A stretch of 64,000 nucleotides of DNA from Macrostomum lignano. Lineage: Eukaryota. Shown here one piece after another: positions 1 to 13,000 of the stretch. The stretch lies in NCBI GenBank assembly GCA_002269645.1, contig NIVC01001330.1:124001-188000 (forward strand), in the 5' to 3' direction. The position numbers and the translations under genes were made by a program. Below the pieces are notes generated by a model. The model made no database searches. It saw nothing but the letters and a program-made list of their open reading frames with translations, and was not told where the DNA came from. The first letter of the stretch is position 1. Each line of letters begins with the position of its first letter.

Positions 1-24
1 CTCTCTCTCTCTCTCTCTCTCTCT
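1..24. repeat. (CT)n microsatellite
   Basis: Pure CT dinucleotide run at the window start. Confidence 0.95.
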
Positions 25-414
25 GCTCAGCTTGTGTTTTGTTGCAAATCTGTAAAAATTCAATTTTATTGCACATTCGAGTCCGCTTCTCCGTCGGTTT
101 CATTGTCCTGCCAGTAGCTTATTAAAAAAACTGGCTTGTCAAGTAGTTTTTGCATTTTGTAGCAAATGCTCGCTCACTGACCAGATGTTCCACTTTGTTT
201 ATATTTTGTCTCCAAGAAGGCCAAAAGCAACAACCTCTTGAACATTAGAAACAGTGCGTCACAGAACACACGTGGTTGGTCCTGACTCACAGAGCCATCC
301 TTCAAGTAGCTTTATACTCATGTGCCAAAACCCATACCCGTATCTCATGCACACAGCCATTGCTCATGTTCCATAACCATCTTTCTGTCTCTATTTTGTG
401 TCTCTCACCCATAC

Positions 415-1790
415 CCCCTCTCACCCATCTCCCACTCACCCATCTCCCTCTCAATCATCTCCCTCTCACACATCTTCCTCTCAACCATCTCCCACTCACC
501 CATCTCCCTCTCAACCATCTCCCTCTCAACCATCTCCCACTCACCCATCTTCCTCTCACTCATATCCCTCTCACCCATCTCCCTCTCAACCATCTCCCTC
601 TCAACCATCTCTCTCTAACCCATCTCCCTTTCACCCATCTCCCTCTCAACCATCTCCCTCTCACCCATCTCTCTCTAACCCATCTCCCTTTCACCCATCT
701 CCCTCTCAACCATCTCTCTCTAACCCATCTCCCTTTCACCCATCTCCCTCTCAACCATCTCTTTCTCAACCATCTCTCTCTAACCCATCTCCCTCTCACT
801 CATATCTCTCTCACCCATCTCCCTCTCATCCATCTCCCTCTCACCCATCTCCCTCTCACCCATCTCCCTCTCAACCATCTCTCTCTCAACCATCTCCCAC
901 TCACCCATCTCCCTCTCAACCATCTCTCTCACACATCTTCCTCTCACTCATATCCCTCTCACCCATCTCCCTCTCACTCATATCTCTCTCACCCATCTCC
1001 CTCTCATCCATCTTCCTCTCACCCATCTCCCTCTCACCCATCTGCCTCTCAACCATCTCCCTCTCAACTATCTCCCACTCACCCATCTCCCTCTCAACCA
1101 TCTCCCTCTCAACCATCTCTCTCTAACCCATCTCCCTTTCACCCATCTCTCTCTCACCCATCTCCCTCTCAACCATCTCCCTCTCAATCATCTCCCACTC
1201 ACCCATCTCCCTCTCAACCATCTCTCTCTCACACATCTTCCTCTCACTCATATCCCTCTCACCCATCTCCCTCTCAACCATCTCCCTCTCAACCATCTCT
1301 CTCTAACCCATCTCCCTTTCACCCATCTCCCTCTCAACCATCTCCCTCTCAACCATCTCCCTCTCAACCATCTCTCTCTAACCCATCTCCCTCTCACTCA
1401 TATCTCTCTCACCCATCTCCCTCTCACTCATATCTCTCTCACCCATCTCCCTCTCATCCATCTTCCTCTCACCCATCTCCCTCTCACCCATCTCCCTTTC
1501 ACCCATCTCCCTCTCAACCATCTCCCTCTCACACATCTTCCTCTCACTCATATCTCTCTCACCCATCTCCCTCTCAACCATCTCTCTCTCACCCATCTTC
1601 CTCTCACTCATATCTCTCTCACCCATCTCCCTCTCACCCATCTCCCTCTCACTCATCCCCCTCTCACCCATCCCCCTCTCACCCATCTCCCTCTCACCCA
1701 TCTCCCTCTCACTCATCCCCTCTCACCCATCCCCCTCTCACCCATCTCCCTCTCACCCATCCCCCTCTCACCTATCCGCCTCTCACTCAT
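415..1790. repeat. Pyrimidine-rich 15-bp minisatellite (CCATCTCCCTCTCAC/A variants)
   Basis: Direct reading of ~90 degenerate 15-bp units; the pentapeptide periodicity (THLPL/SHPSP) in ORFs 276-1802 and 398-1126 is a by-product. Confidence 0.95.
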
Positions 1791-1994
1791 CTCTATTTTT
1801 AGAACATTTTCTAGCTCAGACTTCACAGCCACCAGCTCGGTGCCTGACCAGGACAGTGCGGGACTCACATACAGGCTGATTTTGGATTCCATACAGTTTA
1901 TCTGTGCACTGCGGCTGCCTGCCTTTTTTAATGCATTTTGCACTCGGTGACCGGCACTTCAGCATTTCACTGCTGAGATTGTCAACTCGACAGC

Positions 1995-2710
1995 TCAGCT
2001 TCTCTTCTCCATCAGATCCCAGCTCAGCTTCTCTATTCTCCATCAGATCCCAGATCAGTTTCTCTATTCTCCATCAAATCCCAGCTCAGCTTCTCTATTC
2101 TCCATTAAATCCTAGCTCAGCTTCTCTATTCTCCATCAGATCCCAGCTCTGCTTCTCTATTCTCCATCAGATCCCAGCTCAGCTTCTCTAGATTCTCCAT
2201 CAGATCCCAGCTCAGCTTCTCTATTCTGCATCAGATCCCAGATCAGCTTCTCTATTCTCCATCAGATCCCAGCTCAGCTTCTCTATTCTCCATCAGATCC
2301 CTGCTCAGCTTCTCTAGATTCTCCATCAGATCCCAGCTCAGCTTCTCTATTCTCCATCAGATCCCAGCTCAGCTTCTCTATTCTCCATCAGATCCCAGCT
2401 CAGCTTCTCTATTCTCCATCAGATCCCAGCTCAGCTTCTCTAGATTCTCCATCAGATCCCAGCTCAGCTTCTCTATTCTCCATCAGATCCCAGCTCAGCT
2501 TCTCTATTCTCCATCAGATCCCAGCTCAGCTTCTCTATTCTCTATCAGATCCCAGCTCTGCTTCTTTATTCTCCATCAGATCCCAGCTCAGCTTCTCTAG
2601 ATTCTCCATCAGATCCCAGCTCAGCTTCTCTAGATTCTCCATCAGATCCCAGCTCAGCTTCTCCATTTTCCATCAGATCCCAGCTCAGCTTCTCCATTTT
2701 CCATCAGATC
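1995..2710. repeat. ~30-31-bp minisatellite (CCATCAGATCCCAGCTCAGCTTCTCTATTCT)
   Basis: More than 20 tandem copies; a few diverged copies of the same motif recur at ~28760-28860. Confidence 0.93.
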
Positions 2711-3535
2711 CGCTGCGCTGCTCATCTCTGCAGCCTCATCGCTATGAGCATCGGCAAGCAGTGGAAACTCGGTGGCTGTTCGGGACGCAGAGCTCGCGCC
2801 TCGCTGCCCAGAGGGAGGGCGGCTGCCCCCCCCTCCAGCCCCACCTCATCTGCATCATTTAGAGCTGCCAGCCTCCTCACTGCAGAGGCTCTGAGCAGCT
2901 CATTGTGCCTCCGCACTGACCGCCTTCTGCTCTCACGAAATGCTGAATTTCTAGGCAGCTCCTTTGCACCTCATCGTCTCAGCTGCCCGCTTTGGACCGC
3001 CTCAGACTTGGGGTGTGCGCTCAGCCTCGAGTCTCTCAGCATCTCCTCAAAGCACTGCTCACTGACCTCTCAGCTCTAGGGCAGTCTGGGCCACTCAAAA
3101 TCGGTATGTGTCTCTCACCTGCATGCACAAGCTCTGTTTATCAGCCACCTGTCTGTCTGCATTGTCAGCATCTGCCTCTCTGACATCCCCACTGCCCTCC
3201 CACCTTCTCGTCCGTCGCTCGCGCAGAGTAAATTTAGAAAGAATTGACGTGAGAATTCAATTATATGCTCCACTCAGCTATGTGGCAAATGAAGATTTTA
3301 TATTTGGGTTTGGCAGCTGACAAAAACTTTATAATTCGTTTTACGTAGCTGGGTCGAGGGAAGCTAAATGTACCAATAAACTATAAATCAACCAAGCTAG
3401 TGACCGCAAATCTATTCTAAACAAAGCAAAAAGGATTTACTGTGACTCAGATGAATCACACCAATAGTGGCCGCATTTTGTGGGAAGATTAGTGGGATCG
3501 GAATTAAGGCGAACCAACAACCAGCTCAGCTTCTG

Positions 3536-4072
3536 TCAGTTCCCTGCGCCGAAAAGCGAGCTCAGCAATCGCGTTTTCAGCTTCCCACCCGTCAGGAACT
3601 CGTGCCCCAGCAGCTCCTGCGCGGATCTTCTCCTCTTGCGGTCCTTGGCGGTGCAGCGGCTGTAGAAATCCCTCAGCTCTGCGGACCGGCCGTTCGGCAG
3701 GGCGGGGGCGCCCTTCCTGTCGATCAGCTGGGCCATTTCTAAGAAGCTCCTAGCATTCGCGAACGGCCTCGCGCCGGAGGCCATCTGGAAGACCGAGCAG
3801 CCGAACGCCCAGATGTCCGACTCTCTGCTGTACTGCACGCTGTCCGACTCTCCCGCTCCGAGCAGCTCTGGCGCCATGAAGTTCAGAGTGCCTTTGGGTG
3901 ACTGAGTGGAGGCTGACATGTGGCTGACTGACTGCTCCAGCTTGATTGACAGGCCGAAGTCTATCAGCTTGATTCGCGTGTTGTCAGCACGAACAATCAT
4001 GTTGGAGCAGTTGATGTCTCTGTGGATCACGGGCGGCTGCCGGCTGTGCAGGTAGAGCAGCGCGCGGCAGAT
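3536..4072 (-). CDS. Kinase gene exon 6 (subdomains VIa-XI, stop)
   Basis: ICRALLYLHS..VIHRDINCSN..KLIDFGLS..GTLNFMAPE..SDIWAFGC..SAQELLGHEF; acceptor CAG at 4075-4073. Confidence 0.93.
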   Translation of the reverse strand: MCRALLYLHSRQPPVIHRDINCSNMIVRADNTRIKLIDFGLSIKLEQSVSHMSASTQSPKGTLNFMAPELLGAGESDSVQYSRESDIWAFGCSVFQMASGARPFANARSFLEMAQLIDRKGAPALPNGRSAELRDFYSRCTAKDRKRRRSAQELLGHEFLTGGKLKTRLLSSLFGAGN

Positions 4073-7000
4073 CTGCGAGCGGTCGGTCAGTGAGCAGTCA
4101 TCATTCATGGGAACATGGAACTGGAGCATCAAGGATGCACAATGCTCACCTGCTCGCTGAAGTCTCGAATCTTTGGCTCGTCCAGCGGCTTGTTGTCGAT
4201 AAACCTCTCCAAGGTTCGGCCGTCCAGCAGCTCCATGAACACAACGACTGCGGCGGGCTCCGGCTGAGCGATGTGCAAGAACCTGACGATGTTGGGATGC
4301 CGCAGTCGGCACAGGTTTCTCTCGCTCTCGACAGCTCTGTGGATCTCTGTGCTCACAGAGGGCAGCTCATCACCGAGCTGCAGAGGCAGTCTGAGAGTCT
4401 TGGCAGCGCACGTGACGCCCGTGTCAGTTCGAACTTCGTGGACTTCGCCGAAGCCTCCGCGGCCAATGAGGCGAACGGCGTCCCAGCGCTCCAGGAACGG
4501 GGGGCCTTCGGGTCTGAGGGGATGCGAATTGAGGCAATGAAAGAAAATTTGCATGCTGTAGCTGTGTGCTGTAGCTGTGTGTGCTGTAGCTGTGTGCTAT
4601 AGCTGTGTGGTGTAGCTGTGTGGGCTGTAGCTGTGTGCTGTAGCTGTGTGCTGTAGCTGTGTGGTGTAGCTGTGTGCTGTAGCTGTGTGTGCTATAGCTG
4701 TGTGTGTGTGCTGTAGCTGTGTGTGCTGTAGCTGTGTGTGCTGTAGCTGTGTGTGCTGTAGCTGTGTGCTGTATCTGTGTGCTGTAGCTGTGTGCTGTAG
4801 CTGTGTGCTGTAGCTGTGTGCTGTAGCTGTGTGTGCAGTAGCTGTGTGCTGTAGCTGTGTGTGCTTTAGCTGTGTGTGCTGTAGCTGTGTGTGTCTTCTG
4901 TAGCTGTATGCTGTAGCTGTGTGCTGTAGTGTGAGCATCTTTTGTGATGTAACCGCCCTTGTCGCCGGTCCGCTCCTATTGAGAGACGAACGCTTGGCTA
5001 GAGGGGGCAATGACCGTAGGCTGCCTATGACCGGGCAATGACCTGACGGACCTCCAGCACCAGACTGTCCCGCCCACATGATTAGTAGCTTTGGTAGCGC
5101 TTCGTGACCAGAGGGCCAAGGACCCACATGGACCCCAAGTGTAGCCAAGGTGCAATAGTTGGTCACTCGGTCATGATTTGCCACCACTCTATGTGACCTG
5201 GCGCACCTGGATCTTGCTACCAGACCTCTCGAGGCTAGAGCCCCGCCTGGATTGGTTACCAGGGGATTTAGGCTAACAGGGGAGACACATGCAGCCGAGT
5301 ACAGGGACTCTGCTTGGGGCATGATCGGGAACTCTGGGCTCAATCCTGGAGGATTTCTCAGCAGGGGATCCTTTGTGGCTGTGAGCGAGGCTGACTTGCG
5401 ACTTCCATATACTAAGAGTAGTATGAGGCGAACATGTACTGTCTATAGTTTAGATTTCTCAGGGCGAAGGGACGCGTCAGCATGGGTTTGCAACCTTCCT
5501 ACTGCCATTCTGTGCCAAGACTCGCTAATCCCTCTACTGCACGCACACGCGGCCCCGCAGCACGCACTCACAGACGGGCTTTGCACGGGGAGAGGCCATT
5601 AGCTTACCCAAACTTCCTTATGCTTTGCCACCCCTGGAGAAAGGCTTAGCAAGCCATGAGTGAAATGATGGTGAGAGTGAATAATGATGAGGTTAGTTAA
5701 TAGTTAATAATTAGGCCCTTAGGCAAATAGTCAGGCAATTAGGCGGCTTCACTATTGAGTAAAATACAGCAAAAAGTTACGGTATCACAATTGGCTCAGC
5801 TCTCTAATCAGACAATGGAAAATAGGCAAACTCCGGATAAGCAAAGGCAATTAGAGCACAAATTAGTAACAGGAACTTACCGGCAGCTGCACAGAGAGAG
5901 AGAGAGGCGGAGTGACCGAGGGCGGCTGTAGGCTGCAGTCAGGCAGACGGTGAAGCGGCAATGCGCTGAGGCGACGAGGCGCTGGTGTAGATCAGGCGAA
6001 GCTGATGATGCTGGGCGGTGTCAGACCGCTGACCAATAGGCGAGCTCACTTGGGGAGCTGAAGATAACTTGGCGGTAACAGACCGCGGACCGGCAGGGAT
6101 TCGTCTTATAGACGAATGGGTCAGAACTCAGTCTGACGGCAAGTCCAAAGAAAGACTAGGAGCCCGAAGGTGGGCAAAAGTTGAGCCTTCTCATGCCGAA
6201 AACCGCCTCCTTTTATAGCCTTCCCAGCCGCCGCTCCAAGGTCGTTTCCATGGCTCCCTCTCTCTGATTGGCTGCCGGCCGAATGACGTCAGAATGAGTC
6301 ATGATGAGAAACATGAGACCGGCATAGCAACATGAGAAATAGGGAAATTGCGCAATCTGGAGGTGGGATGGGGGGATAATTGGCGCAGCGGGTGGTCGCG
6401 AAAGTGTTGCGCAATTAAGATTAAGATTAAGAATTAACATTAATTAAGATTATTAAGATTAACATTAAGAACAATAGGGCTGGGGTCGAGAACAAAGGAA
6501 TTGGAGATCGGGGATAATTGAGGAGAATCGAGAACAATAGAAAAGCAAACATTGAAGAAAAGGTGATAATTAGGTGCGAAAACGAGAACAAAAGAAAGAG
6601 AAAATCGGAGAAAATGTGATAATTGGTGGGGGTAAAGAGAACAAAAGAAGCAAAAACGAGAACAATAGAAGCGGAGGTGGGGTGGGTGTCGCATGAGAAA
6701 TTTGGGGAGGAGAACAATGGCGTGAGAAAAGGTTGCGCAAGGGAGGGGGATGAGTCATCGATGAGTCATCGAGGGGAAGAAGGGGTCACACGACTTGCGT
6801 CACCGTTTGGGAGTTTGGGAAGGGATCGGAGGTCGGTGAGCACACAAAATACTGTAAGTAGACGCAGGGAAAGGGGGGACAGCGCGGGAAAATAGTGCAG
6901 AGAGAGACAAAAAGAGGGGGGAATAGGGAGAGTACAAGAAGAATAGGGTGGGGCGCAGGGGAGATAAGGTAGGGAGGAGGGTACAGAGAGGGACAGGGAG

Positions 7001-10000
7001 CTCCGGAAAGGCAGGTGTGGCGGCAGGGGAGACGGAACCAAGGCAGCAGGGGGGGTGCAGCAGAGCGGGAGTCTCCAGGCCTGGTCAGAGACCTGGCCGA
7101 GTCTCGACAGCTCTGTGCAGGGGGGGTACACGGGATAGGAGGCACTTTCGAAAAAGTTCCCATGCCCTATCCCGCGACCAGAGCGTGGTTACATCATTTG
7201 CGTGAATTTTGTTAGTTAATTGATTGTATTAGTTTCTATACTAGCAATCTTCGCCCCCCGATGGGGACATCTGGATAGAATCTTTGTTCTTTACAAGTAG
7301 CAAATAGACAACGAAAAAAACAACAGACATTTCCTCTTAAAAGAAAACATCCCCAGACAGCATGCAAGCATCTCCCAGATAGCAAGCATCCCCCAAATAG
7401 CAAGCCCCTCCAAATACTCATACAATAGCAAGCACGCCCAAATACAATAGCAAGCACCCCCAAATACAATAGCAACCACCCTCAAATACAATAGCAAGAA
7501 CCCCCAAATACAATAGCAGGCACCCCCAAATACAATAGCAAGCACCCCCAAATACAATAGCAAGCACCCCCAAATACAATAGCAAGAAGCATCTTCCAGA
7601 AAGCAAACCCCCTCTCAGATAGAAAGAACCCTCCACCCCGAGAGCAAGCATCCTCCAATATTAAGTTACCCCAGATAGCAAGCATCCTTCCGATAGCAAA
7701 CATCTCTCCAATAGCAGGCATCCCTCAGATATCAAGCATCCACCAAGACAACAAGTAGCTAGTGCAATAATATCCTTAGCTTTATAGTGGCTCCTTTATG
7801 TTCGACATGAAGCTTCTTTTTACATTTAAATAGTGTCTCTTTTATGTTTGATGTTCGACATGGTGTCTCTTCAATGTTCGACATGGAGTCATGTATATGT
7901 CTTCCATGGTGGCTCTTGAATGTTCGACATGGAGTCATGTATATGTCTTCCATGGTGGCTCTTGAATGTTTGACATGGTGGCTCTTTAATGTTTGACATG
8001 GTGTCTCTTGAATGTTTGACATGGAGTCATGTATATGTTTGACATGGTGCCTCTTGAATGTTTGACATGGTGGCTCTTTAATGTTCGACATGGTGGCTCT
8101 TGAATGTTTGACATGGAGTCATGTATATGTTTGACATGGTGGTTCTTTAATGTTCGACATGGTGGCTCTTTAATGTTCGACATGGTGGCTCTTTTATGTT
8201 TTGCATTTTGTATTTTCAAGGTGTTTTATTAAAAAAATTATTTTGAACTACTACGATTCGAACCCAGGTCGCTACATTAGCAGTCCAGTCTGTTTGCATC
8301 TAGGCTATCTCTTTTCAATTGGAGAACATGAATTGTGGCCCATATAATCCATGTGAGTCATGTATATGTTTTACAGGGGGGCTCTTGAATGTTCGACATG
8401 GAGTCATGTATGTGTTTGCCATGGTGGCTCTTGAATGTTTGACATGGTGGCTCTTTAATGTTTGACATGGTGTCTCTTGAATGTTTGACATGGAGTCATG
8501 TATATGTTTGACATGGTGCCTCTTGAATGTTTGACATGGTGGCTCTTTAATGTTCGACATGGTGGCTCTTGAATGTTTGACATGGAGTCATGTATATGTT
8601 TGACATGGTGGTTCTTTAATGTTCGACATGGTGGCTCTTTAATGTTCGACATGGTGGCTCTTTTATGTTTTGCATTTTGTATTTTCAAGGTGTTTTAATA
8701 AAAAAATTATTTTGAACTACTACGATTCGAACCCAGGTCGCTACATTAGCAGTCCAGTCTGTTTGCATCTAGGCTATCTCTTTTCAATTGGAGAACATGA
8801 ACTAGCAATCTACGCCCCCCGTTGGGGAGCCAAAGAAATGCAATACACGTTTTTTTAATAAGCTACAGGTATCCTTGAAATCTTAAAAAATCTCCTGTCA
8901 AAACTTGTCAGCCTTGAAATGTCAGTAATTCCCCCCCCCACAAGCTTTAACATATCAACTTCCCCCCTTGACATCTCAGCAATGCCCCCAATAAGCCTTG
9001 GAAATCTAAAAATATCTGTCAACCTTCTAACCCTAACTCTAGCCTAACCCTAACCCTAACCCTAACCCTAACCCTAGCCTAACCCTAACCCTAACCCTAG
9101 CCCTAACCCTAACCTAACCCTAACCCTAACCTAACCCTAAAGCATTGACATTTCAGTAATTCTCTCTAAGAGTCATTATTGCACTACTACAGCATTATAG
9201 CGATTCCCTGCAAGCCTCGACATCGTAGGGATTCCCAAATGCATCTCTTCACTTCGACATGAAGCTTCTTTTATTTTTTACATTACGCTTTTTTTATCAG
9301 CGATCCCTCCCCTGAGGAGGCATCAAGTAATGTAATTAAAAGTTTTCAATAAACTACATGTAGCTTCTGACTTTAGCCTTGAAATCTCATTTATACCCCC
9401 GTGAGCCTTGACATGTCAGCTATTCCCCCCGTAAGCCTTGACATGTCAGCGATGGCCTCCATAAACCTTGAAATCTAAAACCCCCCCGTTAACCTTGAAA
9501 CCCGATAAAATATAACCCTCAACCCACACCTGACCTAAACCTAACTTTAACCCAACCTAAAGCCTTGAATCTCAGCAATTCTTCTCCCCTAAGCCTTGAC
9601 ATTTTAGTGATTCCTTCTTTAAGAATCACAGCACCATAACGATTTCCACCAAGCTTTGACATCGTAGCAATTCCCAAAGGAATCTTTTAACTTCGACATG
9701 ACTCTTCTTTTATGTATACATAGTGCTACTTTTATTTTTTACATGACTCTTCTTCTATCAGCGCCCCCCCCCTGTGGCGAGCCAACAAAGAATGTAATAA
9801 AAAAATTGAGTAAAGTACATGAACTTTGAAGTAGCTTCTGACGTTTGCTTTGACATCTCAGAAACCCCCCCCCCCTATAATCTCAGTTATTCTCTGTGAG
9901 CCTTGACGTCTCAGTTTTTTCTCCCCAGCCCAGCACTATAGCTGCATTTAATTTTTAAATGACACCCTTCATGTCTGACATGATGCTTCTTTTATTCTAC

Positions 10001-13000
10001 CATGATGCTTCTTAATTTTTTAAATGACACTTTCATTAGTTTTTAATGAGGCTTCTATGATTTTTTCATGACGCTTCTATGATTGTTTACATGACGCTTC
10101 TATGATTTTTTCATGACACTCCTATGATTTTTTCATGACGCTTCTATGATTTTTAACATGACGCTTCTATGATTGTTTACATGACGCTTCTATGATTGTT
10201 TACATGACGCTTCTATGATTTTTTACATTACGCTTCTATGATTGTTTACATGACGCTTCTATGATTTTTTAAAATGACGCTTCTATGAGTTTTATATGAC
10301 GCTTCTATGCTTTTTACATGACGCTTCTATGATTTTTTTACATGACGCTTCTATGATTTTTTACATGACGCTTCTATGATTTTTAACATGACGCTTCTAT
10401 GATTGTTTACATGACGCTTCTATGCTTTTTACATGACGCTTCTATGATTTTTTACATGACGCTTCTATGATTGTTTACATGACGCTTCTATGATTGTTTA
10501 CATGACGCTTCTATGATTGTTTACATGACGCTTCTATGATTGTTTACATGACACTTCTATGCTTTTTACATGACGCTTCTATGATTTTTTCATGACGCTT
10601 CTATGATTGTTTACATGACGCTTCTATGATTTTTTACATGACGCTTCTATGATTTTTAACATGACGCTTCTATGATTGTTTACATGACGCTTCTATGATT
10701 GTTTACATGACGCTTCTATGATTGTTTACATGACGCTTCTATGATTGTTTACATGACGCTTCTATGCTTTTTACATGACGCTTCTATGCTTTTTACATGA
10801 CGCTTCTATGATTTTTTTAAATAACGCTTCTATGATTTTTATATGACGCTTCTATGATTGTTTACATGACGCTTCTATGATTTTTTACATGACGCTTCTA
10901 TGATTTTTAAATGACGCTTCTATGATTTTTATATGACGCTTCTACGATTGTTTACATGACGCTTCTATGATTTTTAATGACGCTTCTACGATTGTTTACA
11001 TGACGCTTCTATGATTTTTTAAATAACGCTTCTATGATTTTTATATGACGCTTCTATGATTTTTTACATGACGCTTCTATGATTTTTAACATGACGCTTC
11101 TATGATTGTTTACATGACGCTTCTATGATTTTTAAATGACGCTTCTACGATTTTTACATGACGCTTCTATGACTTTTTTAAATGACGCTTCTATGATATT
11201 TTACATGACGCTTCTACGATTTTTTACATGACGCTTCTATGATTTTTACATGACGCTTCTATGATTGTTTACATGACGCTTCTATGATTTTTTTAAATGA
11301 CGCTTCTATGAGTTTTATATGACGCTTCTATGCTTTTTACATGACGCTTCTATGCTTTTAACATGACGCTTCTATGATTGTTTACATGACGCTTCTATGA
11401 TTGTTTACATGACGCTTCTATGATTGTTTACATGACGCTTCTATGATTTTTATATGACGCTTCTATGATTGTTTACATGACGCTTCTATGATTTTTACAT
11501 GACGCTTCTATGATTGTTTACATGACGCTTCTATGATATTTTTAAATGACGCTTCTATGAGTTTTATATGACGCTTCTATGCTTTTTACATGACGCTTCT
11601 ATGCTTTTTACATGACGCTTCTATGATTTTTTACATGACGCTTCAATGATTTTTTACATGACGCTTCTATGATTGTTTACATGACGCTTCTATGATTTTT
11701 TACATGACGCTTCTATGATTTTTTAAATGACGCTTCTATGATTTTTACATGACGCTTCTATGATTTTTACATGACGCTGCTATGATTGTTTCATGACGCT
11801 TCTATGATTTTTTACATGACGCTTCAATGATTTTTTACATGACGCCTTTTGTCCTTCATTTGTCCTTGAATAAAAGCTTTTAATAAAAAACTTTTCACTA
11901 CTAAGATTCGAACCCAGGTCGCTGCATTTGCAGTCCAGTCTGTTCACATCTAGGCTAGCTCTTATCGAATTTATAAATGAAATTGTAGCACTTATATAAT
12001 TCAACACTCACTCACGAAGCAGTTATGACATAATCAATTTCCCAGGCAAGTCAGTATCAGTCTCAATTAAAGTTGAGAATATGGTTACGCAATCTAAATC
12101 AAGTCTGGTGCTACGCTTCCACACTGCATTTTCAATACTGTGACGCAATTCAAGTTGGAGTTACAATTCAGTTATGATGCAATCTATTTCAGAATCAGAA
12201 TTCAACCAGTCAGTTTTTTCTCTAGCATTATTACAATGCATTTCAAGTCGAAAAGTTTGCTTGACCTTTGCAAAAAAGCATGTTTTTCGAATATTTAATC
12301 GCTTTAACATGGAGCAATTTCTTAACCAAGATGCATGTACCGTCACGGGAAAATTTCTGATCGAACAGTGCAAGTTCGAAGAAAATCAGTCCAGCCATTT
12401 TTTCTCTAATCGATCACATAGATAGATAGACACAGACAGACCATTTTTAGTATATAGGATTGTGGCCCATATAATCCATGTGAGTCATGTATATGTTTTA
12501 CAGGGGGGCTCTTGAATGTTCGACATGGAGTCATGTATGTGTTTGCCATGGTGGCTCTTGAATGTTTGACATAGTGGCTCCTTTATGTTTTGCATGGTGA
12601 CTTTTTTATGTTCGACATGCTGTCTCTTCAATGTTTGACATGGAGTCATGCATATGTTTGACATGGTGGCTCTTGTATTTTTAACATGTTGGCTCTTTAA
12701 TGTTAGACATGGTGGCTCTTTAGTGTAGGACATGGTGGCTCTTTTATGTTTGACATGGATTCACGTATATGTTTGACATGGTGGCTCTTTAATGTTTTAC
12801 ATGGTGGCACTTTTATGTTTGACCTGGTGGCTCTTTAATGTTTGACATGGTGGCTCTTTTATATTTGACATGGTGGCACTTTTATGTTTGACATGGTGAC
12901 TCTTTAATGTTCGACATGGTGTCTCTTGAATGTTTGATATGGTGCCACTTTTATGTTCGACATGGTGGCTCTTTAATATTTGAAATGGTGTCTCTTGAAT

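Larger units (their letters stand above)
8802..12459 (-). mobile_element. Nested non-autonomous Helitron (3658 bp)
   Basis: Minus strand A|TCCTATATACTAAAAATGG...GCTCCCCAACGGGGGGC-GTAGATTG-CTAG|T with no TSD. Removing it restores GAACATGAA|TTGTGGCCCATATAAT, seen uninterrupted at ~8325 and ~14005. Confidence 0.88.

Noticed and set aside
276-1802. 508-aa His/Pro/Ser/Leu-rich ORF and overlapping ORFs
   Set aside because: Stop-free translation of a 15-bp pyrimidine minisatellite; no non-repetitive coding context.
1816-3080. Exon-like minus-strand segments (1816-2043, 2722-3080) with coiled-coil-like composition
   Set aside because: No frame stays open between plausible splice sites and no family motif was recognised; at most degenerate remnants.
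9030-9140. True telomere or chromosome-healing site
   Set aside because: Short, degenerate and internal to a repeated mobile unit.
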